Of a DNA stretch of 33,761 nt, positions 1 to 10,500 are shown one piece after another. The translations under genes were made by a program, and so were the position numbers. The stretch spans positions 124,001 through 157,761 of the forward strand of contig RSEE01000131.1 in NCBI GenBank assembly GCA_003971905.1. The letters run 5' to 3'. Positions within the stretch are counted from its first letter, which is position 1. Every line of letters begins with the position of its first letter. Under the pieces are notes generated by a model. That model made no database searches. It was not told the origin of the DNA and saw nothing but the letters and a program-made list of their open reading frames with translations. Source of the stretch: Moniliella sp. 'wahieum'. Its lineage: Eukaryota.

Positions 1-199
1 GTGAGGGCGCAAGTATGGCCAGCACCGTAATTCACCAACACCGCCTAGATAGCCATGGCTGGCCCGCCATGCAAGAGACACGGTGACGTAAGCGGTGCGG
101 GCGGTGCACTGCTGTGCTGCCCAGCGAACCCGCCTGGATGCTCCTGGAGGGTGGTGGGTGTCGCTGGGTGGCCGGTCGTCGATCGGCGCGGCGGGATGG

Positions 200-1715
200 A
201 TGCTCGGCGGCCATCAGGCTGCGGGTGCTCGCCTCTCCGCCACCGCCACCGCCGCCGCCGCCCGAACCACCACTGGTGGCTGGCGCGTCCCCGCCCCGTC
301 CTCCTGCCCATGCTCCCTCGCTCCCTCGCACTGCTCGCCCCGCCTCCGCGCAGGATACACGCTCGCGCTCTGCGCCCTGCCCGCCGGCGCTGACCTCGCC
401 GCGTCCCTCGCTGCCTCTTTCGCCGGTCCTGCCAGCCGCCTACGCCGACGGCCGCTCAGCACCTCCGCCGCTCTTGCGCGGCCCGACACATCGCACCACA
501 GCCACGCCGCCCTCCACCCCTCCGCCCAGCTGCATGCCACCTACACCGACGCCGACTGGGCTGACCAAGCGCGGGTACGCCTCCTTGCCGTCCCGCTTGC
601 TACCGCCAAGCCGGGCGGCATGCCCATCGTGACCTACGTTGCCCAGTCCATGGTGGAGCCTGTGCGGGACCCGGCCGCTCGCAACACCCTCCGTGGCCGC
701 CTGGCGCACTACTCGAACAAGATTCTGGCCAAGGCATCCGAGTTCTGGATTGGGCTTGGCCAGCCTGGTGTCAAGTCGGTGGGAGATTGGAAGCGGAGGA
801 CGTATGTCACGGGAGAAAAGTTGATGGACCGGATCGAGTACCAGGAATGGTCGCTCAAATCGATCAGCCAGGTGATTGGACCTCACTTTGAAGACCTGCT
901 CACCCGCATCTCCAAGACCAAGGTCAAGCTTGCCTCGGTCGAGGCGGGGCATGTAAGTATTTCTGACTCTCCCTCCTTATTTCCACTCCCCCCCCACTTC
1001 CCACCCCCAGTGCAGGACCATTGACATGCTCTTCGTCCTCCCAGATCCCGCTCCTGTATCCTGCCAAGGGGAAGCCTACACTTCCTCCTCCGCATTCACG
1101 ATTGAGCCTTCGGTCTTACTCTCGTCCTTGGCCTCTCTGGCGGAGAAACGGGTGCCGCACCATCGGCGTCTTCTGATCTGGTCTGTGGTTGCCATGCCAC
1201 TCACAATTCCTGTTGCCATCTTGCCCGTGATCCCCAACCTGCCCTTCTTCTATCTGTGTTGGCGAGCCTTCTCGCATTGGCAGGCGATGCGCGCGTCGAC
1301 GCGCATCCTGTTCCTGCTAAGTAAAGGGCGTGTGGTTCCCCTCCCTCGGCGCAACTGGAATATGCGTTCAGCGTGGATCCTGATATGCTCCTGGCGCAGC
1401 AGGCCAAGAAGGACAAGAAAACCAAGGAAGAGAAGGAAGAAAGGAAGAGAAGGTGGTGGCGCCCGAAGAGGAGGAAGTGATGGACCAACGTCTCATTCTA
1501 CAACCCGTGCACATCACTCAGCTCCAACACTCGTTTGGTCTGGACCACCAATCGGTCGTGGACCTGACCCGGGCACGGACTCAGCTGATCGGATTGCTAG
1601 AGCAAGATGATAAACTGTCCTCGTCGGAGGAGAACAAACACAAGGTCAAGATTGTGCATCACATGCGCGAAATGGCCGAGCATGGCGAACGGGTAGAACG
1701 TGAGAAGAAGAATAA
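200..1715 (+). CDS. Mitochondrial K+/H+ exchange-related protein (Mit_KHE1, yeast YDL183C/MRX19-like); one intron, frameshifted
   Basis: Family-like motifs: WKRRTYVTGEKLMDRIEYQEWSLKSI and HRRLLIWSVVAMPLTIPVAILPVIPNLPFFYLCWRAFSHWQA. A GTAAGT...CAG intron at 953-1010 joins ORFs 95-1024 and 1026-1610 in frame. Frameshifts occur near 1345 and 1445. Start and stop are approximate. Confidence 0.8.
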
Positions 1716-2329
1716 TGTCCTTCCTGCTCGTTCTGTCCGTCGATCTTCGAACTTAGTTGCTACGGTTGCGGTTCCCATCTATCCCCGTTTTCTGCCCTCT
1801 GTTTTCCCTCCCTCAAGCACCAAAACTCGTGACATTCCAGAAGTATCCATCCATCCATCCATTGCCGTCTGCCTCGGTTGTATTAGAAGGAGCACACGGA
1901 CATAGAATAGAGACCCTCAATCGGCGTTGTTCTTGCCCCGCGTATAGCAACGTCTCCGCTTGCACTGCGATGGATATAGAGTGAATAGATCGACAAGAAC
2001 TAGTCATCATATATCAGCCAAATTGACGCGCACTCCGACGTCTGTCACACGTCACATGTCACGCGTCACGTGTCACATCCACCTGGTTCCTTCTTCCTTT
2101 TTCCTTATCGGTTACCCTTCACCGTGACATGTGAGAAAGCAGGAACCCCCCCCCCCCCCCGCCGCCTTTGCCTCCATTGTGACTCGTGTGGCTCATTCTT
2201 GAGGGACGGGAGGGAGTGCCTAGTGCCTAGTCCCGCTCCCTCTTCCACAATCACTTTCGTCGATTCCCTTTGGCCGGTACTTTTATCGCGCCTCGTCCAC
2301 ACTGTAATACGGACAGAGCCGACCATGAA

Positions 2330-3450
2330 GCGTGTACAGTATAGGGGCAGACAATAACGTAGCTGGATCATAGTTAAGGCCCGGGCATTGAAGGAAGTCC
2401 TGGTCCAACTACCGGTCGTGGCGTCGAACGAGCCAACCGGCCTCGGTTTTTAATGGCAGACAAAAGCCAGCCCTCAACACCATGACATTACTCCCTTTTG
2501 CTGTCCGCTGCACGCTTAGTTCCCAGACCCCCTGGTCATCCATACAAGTTCTTACCGCTTGCTTCCGCTCCTCGTAGGGCTTCATACTTGCTGTGGGGAC
2601 TCATCCCCTGCAGAGGGGGAACATCATCCCCACCATTGTCCTCACCATTGTCCTCACCATTTCCCACCGTACTAGCAGCGGCAATGGGATGGCACGGTTG
2701 GTGTTTCGTTCCTTGTTTTGCCCAGATAGGGCCCATAAGTTGGTACCACTGACTAGTTGCGTAAATCAGCTTGGTGGGCCACATGCCGTCTCTCGGACCC
2801 TCGGTGTGGTCCGACACTGCAGCTTGAGGTACGGTCGGCTCCAACTCCGCAATCGTGGCTTCAGCCCCTTCCCACTCGCTCACCAGCCATTTTCTCTGGC
2901 CCACGTCGTATCCCAGTAACGCCTCCGAGGAGAACCCGGGGACGACAACCGACTCTCCCTATCCTCCTCGTTCACGGGAGTATAGAGATAGGCCACCTGT
3001 ACCAACAACGCGATGACGAAGGTTCCCCGGCGCAGTTGGTTTTTCAAGGGAACTCGTGTGGCAGGGGATTGGGAGGGCCATTGAAGTTTGCCACTGTTGA
3101 TACTCGTGTGTGTATATACGCTGCAGCCTCGATGGCCAGCGGCCAAAGGTCAATAAGCTCGTCCGCCATGCCTGCATCTCTCGAATGAGGGCACGTGGAG
3201 TCGTGACGAGGTCGTACTGCACATACTCCACTTTGCCGTGGCTAGCGCTGCCGTTTCGCACCGTCTGGATGGGTCGAATCTCCATATGAGCAAAGAAGGA
3301 AACAAGAGGGGCAAAAACTCAGTGTCCTGATCCGAATGGACGATAGATACCTTGTACCTTTTGAGCTGAGGGAAACGCCGCTCCTCTTGCGCAATATGGT
3401 TCCGGAGGAAGGAGTTGAGTCACCTTGGCCTTTCCCTCAGCAGGATACAC
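2330..3450 (-). mobile_element. Degenerate Ty1/copia LTR-retrotransposon pol fragment (integrase core, SH3-like region, start of RT)
   Basis: Manual minus-strand translation across frameshifts gives KVSIVHSDQDTEF (rve D motif), HGKVE (E motif), RALIRDAGM..LWPLAIEAAAYIHTR, VAYLYTP..RESRLS..LLGYD, PHSKYEAL, DDQGVWEL and DR*LDQDFLQCPGLNYD..SAPI (KARLVAQGFxQxPGxDY-like). Integrase precedes RT, which is copia order. Confidence 0.8.
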
Positions 3451-3865
3451 GGAGCAGAATTGCTTTCTGCTCTGGGGACAACTGCGGCCGGTACCTCGAA
3501 CCTGAGCCCCTCAGTTGGAGGATGCAGCCAGGTGGCCGAGTCCTAGGCCCTATGCCCTAGGCGCCGATGTGCGTTCATACCGCGCTCAAGATCGTCCGTC
3601 GAGGGTGGGACACGTGCACGAGAGGCGCTTGCTGCTGCCGCGATTGGCTTTTCGGGGGTCGACACGATGTAGCTCGGCTCAACTTGTCCCACACCTCCTT
3701 AGGCCTCACGCTTCACTGCTGCCGGCTGGCATCCACCGACCAGCACACCTCCACCTCCACCGCCACCGCCACCCCCAGCAGAATCAGTGGCCACGCCGAG
3801 CGCGCCGCCCACACTCCCCAGGCAGGAGCGTACCTGCGTCCTTTTCGCCGGCGCCGGCGCTCGTG

Positions 3866-3929
3866 CCAGCCCGCGCTCGTCCCAGCCCGCGCTCCTTCCC
3901 AGCCCGCGCTCCTTCCCAGCCCGCACTCC
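3866..3929. repeat. Tandem minisatellite, about 4 copies of CCAGCCCGCGCTCCTTC (16-17 bp)
   Basis: Directly visible in the sequence. Confidence 0.85.
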
Positions 3930-4333
3930 GTCGCAGTACGGGGCTGAGACTGCTGTCGTATAGTTGCCACTCTCTTAGTATATGCCAACTCGTTACCGTG
4001 TCGGCCGCATTGGGCGCCCCCTCCTTCCGCCGCTTGAATGCTTCCACGACCGCCACCCCCCCATCCCACTCAGGTCCTGCTCAGATGCCCGATCCCTCCT
4101 CGGCATCTGTTGGCGCTTAATGTGATGTAGGGTCACTACTACTTCTTAGTTCTCTTCCAATCTCGTTGTTTGGTAGCGTCGAGTGGTGTGGTGGACTGAC
4201 CCCCCATTTTCTGCCCACGTTTATAATGGGGTATTCTCTTGGAATAGCTTTTCATCACCTTTTCTCTGTCTTAGTATTTTTTCTCTGTAGACGCCGTCCT
4301 CGGTTACAATCACAATTCTCGCATTCCACAAAA

Positions 4334-4709
4334 TGTTGGACAGTGCTGAGGGGCACTGCCCTGAAAATATAGAGGCTTGGTCTGGACTTGGCCTGTGCGC
4401 TGCGCTGCACTGCGCTGCTCTCCTACGTGGCGCCTCGACACTTTGTTCCCATTGTACACCGCGAGTGTAGTAGTCGCCACTAGCGCATTCCTCTGATTTT
4501 CCCTGCCACCCTCACTTCTTCGCTCTACTTGTTTCCTCCTTCTCAACCATCTATCATCTATCATCTGCTTCTGATACTATAGCTCAACCTGCGCCGTCTG
4601 TGCCTATAGTACCGTATAATAGCGCTTCGCTTTGTAGCGACGCGTGAAGGCTCTGACCTGGAGACACCTAGTCTCTAAGCCACAGACGATCAGCGAGTAG
4701 TATTCAACA
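4334..4709. mobile_element. Possible LTR remnant
   Basis: A 376-bp non-coding segment bounded by TGTTG...CAACA, close to the copia relic. No target-site duplication (CAAAA vs AGTAA). Confidence 0.25.
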
Positions 4710-5268
4710 AGTAACGAGAGGTGAGCGAGAAGAAGGGGAAGGGGGAAGGAGAGGTGGTGGCGAAGAGGACAGAACAAGCGGTGGGACAGGAATGTACGTG
4801 TGGCCAGCTGGCCAACTCTAGGGTCTAGCTTTCAAATCTACTAGGTACGAATCAGCAAGGCACCCGGTGGGGGACGTGGCAACAGCTTCAAAAGTCCCAC
4901 CACCCGCGTCCGTCGTTGCCAAAAGACGTGAAGAGAAGGACTACTAGCATTCCATAGGCACTCCCAATGAAGAAGTGTGCTCATTATCGGTGTAAGAGAA
5001 TTGAACGATAGGTACCACGGACACATGAAGGTGTACCTTTTTCCGTTCCTAGATGCAGGAGGCCTGGCCTACTGTGACATGTGAGGAATAGTCTCAAAGG
5101 GGAAACTGCACGGGTGCTAATTGGGCCATCCGACACTGTGTCTCGGTTAATTACCTGTAACAGGGCACTTGTCGAGCTTCATCGATCATCGGCCTTGTGA
5201 GGTCTGAGGATTACATACATTCGAAGCACAGCTGGTGCCTCGCCCGTGTAATGAAAATGGAACCTCTT

Positions 5269-5342
5269 CCGCGGAGGTATAGAAGAGGGCATCGACCTAC
5301 CACTATTCTCCCGCGGAGGTACAGAAGGACATCGACCTACCA
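5269..5342 (+). promoter_or_regulatory. Duplicated ~33-bp element (CCGCGGAGGTAyAGAAG..CATCGACCTACCA) upstream of the esterase
   Basis: Two near-identical copies at 5269-5302 and 5311-5342, 150-220 bp before ATG 5491, followed by AATATAT. Confidence 0.55.
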
Positions 5343-5490
5343 AAATATATCCAGTTTTCGCCTTCCCCGTGAGAGAGAAACTGCATCTCAGTTTTTGGTT
5401 AAATTGGCGTGGTTCTTGTCGTTCTTCCACGGTCCATTTCCTATTCACCCCAACAGGACTCCTCCTTTCGTCAAGTCCGACCACCCTGCT

Positions 5491-6544
5491 ATGAAACTCT
5501 CAACCATTGCCTTCGCACTTTCGGCCGTCGGAGTGGCTGTTCAAGCGCTGCCCACGGGCAAGAGCCTAACCTTTCCCAATGTCACCCCGTCCAATACGGT
5601 CCAACAGATCGAATCATACATCATGGGATTCTATGCTTCAGCTGCGGAGCTCCTTTTGTCTCCCTCCCAGATTGGCTCTATCATGCCGCCGTTTACTCTG
5701 GCTCAAATGGAGGCGTTTGCCACACACCCCATGCCTAACAAGAATACCGTGTTTGCCACGGATCTCGTCCACGTGAGCTCCGGCCGTGTGCGCTGGTTCA
5801 TCGAGGCGGAGAACCGTACGAAAGACGACCCCGTGCTCTTCTACCTTCACGGCGGGGCATACGTGTTTGGTATGTTGCCCAACTTGCCATCGAATTGCAA
5901 AGCATCTATCGATCGGTCGGAAACGACCGTCTCTCTATCCTCTGGCTCGATTACAACCTCGCTCCCGGCGCACAGTACCCAACTCAGCTGCAGCAAGCCA
6001 TCGAGATTTACAACCGTCTTTCCCAATCGTGCAACAACATTATCCTCGCTGGCGATTCAGCAGGTGCTCATCTCTCTCTTCAGGTGATGCGCACCTTGGT
6101 CCATCCTCTCGCGGTCACCCCATCGATTACCCACAAACCTTCGTGCGTCGGGTTGATGAGCCCATGGGTCAACTTGTACCCGACCCAGACCAATGGCACA
6201 TGGACAAGCAACAGATTCACTGATATCCTTACACCAAAGTTCCTCCGTGAATCAGCGCTCGAGTTTCTCCCCGACCTCGAGGCGGTCCAATCCCCTCTGC
6301 AAAACCCGTACAAGGATTACATCGATTGGTCAGCCATTCTCCCCCGTCGGACAACGTCTTTGTCTCGGCGGGTGGGCTGGAGGTCCTGCTCGACGACATC
6401 ACCACTTTCGCTAACGTTGCTGGTCTGTCTAACTCACTCTTTCTCGATACCAACCACGGTCACGACAACATTATGTACGATGTTCTTCACTCCCCCGTGC
6501 AACAAGCCTTTGTTGCCTTCCTACTCAAGAAGTGCATACTATGA
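5491..6544 (+). CDS. Secreted alpha/beta-hydrolase (HSL-like, Say1/Mug180-type esterase/lipase); intronless, two apparent frameshifts
   Basis: Signal peptide MKLSTIAFALSAVGVAVQA. Motifs LYLHGGAY (5848), LDYNLAPGAQYPTQL, LAGDSAG (6051), LMSPW, EVLLDD and HGHD. Frame changes near 5885 and 6345. Confidence 0.85.
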
Positions 6545-7508
6545 GGGGGAGCGGATAAATGGGGGCGACGCCAGAAAATATCAACAGGCAAAGGGCCGAC
6601 TGGCGTTGCCATGATGGCAAGGATACGCAGAGGAGAGTCGATTGATGGTCGCTCCGGCCATCGGACACACGGCACGATCGCTCCTCGATCATAAAAGTTT
6701 TTGGCTGAGACGCCACACTGGTGTAGTGGCGCAGGTAGCCCAAGCCTTCGGGCTCATTCCTTTTCGCAAAATCTTAGGGTCTTCCGTCCTCTGGAGGGCG
6801 GGAGAAGATTTTCTAGCCTCTGCAGCTCATGTGCAATGAATACACTATCAATTGCCGGCTGGCCTTCTACATTGACTGATGAGTGGCAGGCCTTCATAGA
6901 CTGGATCGAATCGGCCAGGACCTGGAACGGTACATCACGCTCTACGGGTTCCTCTTCTGTGACCATGTGACCAAATATTGAAGGCGTGTCTCACACTTAA
7001 AATAAGGTTTAGGACTGAAACAGCTGTCCTCCGTTGGAGTATCTACCATCAACTGGAAAGACAAAGGAGTGCAGTACTATATACTAAGCTTATCTGTGCA
7101 CCCATCTTCCACGGGGTTTCCCTTTTGTGGGCGTAAGGTTGAGAAACTAGGAGAGAGGACGCGGTGGGGATTGAAGAGGAGATACAACAAAAATGCGAAA
7201 ACGATCGAAGCACCCTGCTGTACTAGTCACTCTGGATGTCGACACAGCGAGGGCGCATCTTTGAGAGCCGATCTTCCATCACCGGCATCACCTGCATCAC
7301 CTGCAATAGACAAACCATACTAGGATCCAGTCAAAGTAAACCACACCCATGCGATATATACTTCAAGTTTATATATACTAGCTGTGTTGCAGTGCAGTTG
7401 CATCTTCAAGTGGGCGTCTCGGACGTCATTGCGCGGCCGCAGTGGGCGGACCACACACCACACACCACCACCAACTGAAGCGGAACACCAGCCGCATCTC
7501 CGGCCCCA

Positions 7509-10500
7509 TCAGTCGTACAGCGCCGCAGCGTCCAACTGGGCCAAGACGGCTTGGTGCCGCTGCAAGTCGGACCACAGCTGTGCGTCCACCTCTTCCTCCC
7601 CATCCCCCGACGCCCCCCCATTCCTCGTCCCATTCGTCGTTCCGCTCCCGTTCGCGGTCGCGTTCACATTCGCGGTCGCGTTCACGTTCGGGAAGGAGGA
7701 CGAGGGAGAGAGCAAGGTATCCACGGTCGCCCTGCGCTCCGTGACGGGCGCGGCACCGCTCTTGTCGCCAAGCACTTGGCCACCGGGTGAAACGGGCGTG
7801 GCACGCACAGCATCCGTTACCTCCTCGGGCTCGTACAGTGCTCCAGCGGCACGGTGGGACCAGCCCGCCCCGGGTGCAGTAGGAGGGGAGACGTACGAGG
7901 CGCGAACCCCGTGGGACGGAAGCGAGGTATGGGCATACGAGGCATGCAACACGCCTGACATGCCTGTGCCCGTGCGCACAAGCGAATCGCGTTGGTTCAC
8001 GCTCACTTGGCTCGCACGACGATGGTGAACGCGCGAGGAGCGTTTGAGCAGCCCCGGACTGGTGCCGAGACCGGCGGGACTGGGACCTGTACCACCTAAC
8101 GTGCCCGCTGCGGCTGTGGCGGCCTTGCTCGCCGAGCTGGGCGGGGTAGGCTTGAACGACGATGGTGGCGGGGTAGAACGGGGGGGACGAGCGGCGTCGG
8201 CGGGGGGAAAGGATGCGTGGCGCGCGAACCGGGGAACCAGGAACGTCGATCGGTGGTGGAGTCGCGATCCCCCGGAGCTCGATACGAAGTTGAAGTTGAA
8301 GCTGAACCTGAACCCACCGACGAAGCGGTAGGTGCAGCAGAAGCAGAAGGTGCAGTAGGTGCAGCACTACCCCCGCAGCAGCGACAGGAGCAGTGACAGG
8401 AGCAAGAGGGAGGGGCGAAGGGGACGAAACCAACGTGCTGGTCGGGACAGGTCCATCGGTCAACACGTACCGTACCATCTCACCTTCCAGTGGCGACTGC
8501 ACCATCTCTTTCATCTCGTCCATGTCCATGGCCTGGGTCGTGCCCACATGCATGCCCGCACGCTACCCTGCTCCTTGTCCGACGCTGGTTCGACGCGGTA
8601 CCGCCCCAAGGCTTCCGTCAAAGAGAGGGAGTGAGTGGAGGCATGCGTCGGGGTAGCCATCGCGTTCGCATTCGCCGTTGTTCCTCCCCTTTCTTCTCCT
8701 CGTACCTCTGGTGGGTCCAACGTGCGGATCGGAGGCAAGGCTCGGCGGGCGCCCGAGCGTACGGCGGTACGCTCGCCCGCGTTCACCTGCTCGGACGCAG
8801 CACGCGCATGGGTTGGCACGAGGGTTCGCAGTACATTGGCCGAGGGCGAACGGGCGTGCAGGCGGTACGTCGATGTAGAAGTGGAAGAGAGGCGGAAGGA
8901 GACGTCGACGTGAATGGAGACGCAGAAGTGGAAGTGGAAGTGGGAGTGGGAGTAGAAGTAGAAGTAGAAGTGGCAGTCAGGTACGGATCTTTCCGCGGTA
9001 AGGCCGGGGGTTGAGTCTCGGGCCCAGCCTCGGGCACAGCCTCGGGCCCATGCGCAAGCTCAGGCGCGGGCCCAGACGTAAACCCCGACTCGGACGGGGC
9101 TGGGCCACAGCCACGTCGACGTCGATAGGCAGCAGCGGAAGATTCTCACTCGATCCGATCGGCGTCGCAAACAAGGGCGAAGCTGACGCACTGCTGATCG
9201 TACCCGTCTCCAAAAGAGATCCGGCGGCGATACTGGGATCAAAGGGTGTTGCCAGTGACGGTGTGCTGCAGGTGCGGGTGCGGGGGGGTTGGGTGCCATG
9301 GTAGCTCCTCCGCCCACTGGGTCGGGGGGGAAGGCAGTCCGCGTATCCGACGTGGTCGAGGCAAGCGGGCGCACAGTACGGGGTGGAGTGGAGGTAGCGT
9401 GGTGGGACGAACGCGAACCCGAACCTGAATGGGAATGGGAATGCTCATGCGACTGGGAGTGCGAATGGGAAACCGAAAGTGAGCCCGATGGTGACGGCGA
9501 CAAAGGCGCAGCAGGCAACGGCAATGGCACGGACGAAGAAGAAGTCGACGAGGATCGTGTTGGGCCCGGTTGAGTCGGACGGTGCGGCGCATGGGCCAGC
9601 TTGGCTTTGGATAAGAATCGACTGGCAGCCACAGTCGGCGTCTCAAACGACGATACACTCAGTGCGATGCTCTCGGCTTTAGAAGACGAGGAAGGGTACC
9701 GCTCCACGCCTCCCCCAAAGCCTCCACCGCCAGTAGCACCACCACCAGAAACAGGTGCAGGAGGAGTCGTCGCAGTCGGGTCCGAGGCCGGTCGCACCCC
9801 CTCTGATCGACGACGCGCCTGGGGCGCCTTGTGCGAGGACGGGGTGGACCGGGCCGCGGGACCGATCAGGTGCGAAGCTGGCGAAGAAGGATGCGAGAGC
9901 GAAGGCAAAGGAGAATCCGAGTGCGGATGCGCGTGCGAGTGCGAGTGCAAGTGCGAAAGGGGGTACGAAGGGGAAGACGACTGCGATTGGGATTGCGACT
10001 GGGAGCGCGAATGTACAGGCGGAGCAGAAGACACGATGGCCGAACGTGCTGCCGCCGTGGCGCTGGGAAGGTACTTGGCACGCAACAGGTCCGTCGCACT
10101 CACCGTTCTCGTACCCGCCGTTGGACGCCGCGGCGACCACCCATCAACTGCTGCGATCCCGCTTCCTCGTCTTCTTCTTCGTCCTCCGCTTCTGTTTGTG
10201 CTTGTGCTTGTGCTCCCACTTGCGGTTGCGTCTGCGCATCCGACTCGGCCCGCCCAGCCGACGCACCGCGTTCGTCGGACACAGGCCCCGCCCCAGCTTC
10301 GACTTCGACTTGGCTCGCGTCGGTGGCGCGCGAGACCGAGGGCCCCAACGGCGATAAGGGCGAAGACGCCAAGCCACCCGACACGGACCGAATCGATTCG
10401 CTTGCGGCGTGCCATGCGGCGCGCGAGCGTCCCAGCCATCCGCCCGCCGAGTCCAACTCGCCCGCCACTACTGTCTCTCCCGTGCTGGCGGTAGGCGCGC

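Noticed and set aside
6550..7050. Short ORFs downstream of the esterase as a gene or TE fragment
   Set aside because: No motif was recognised in any frame I examined.
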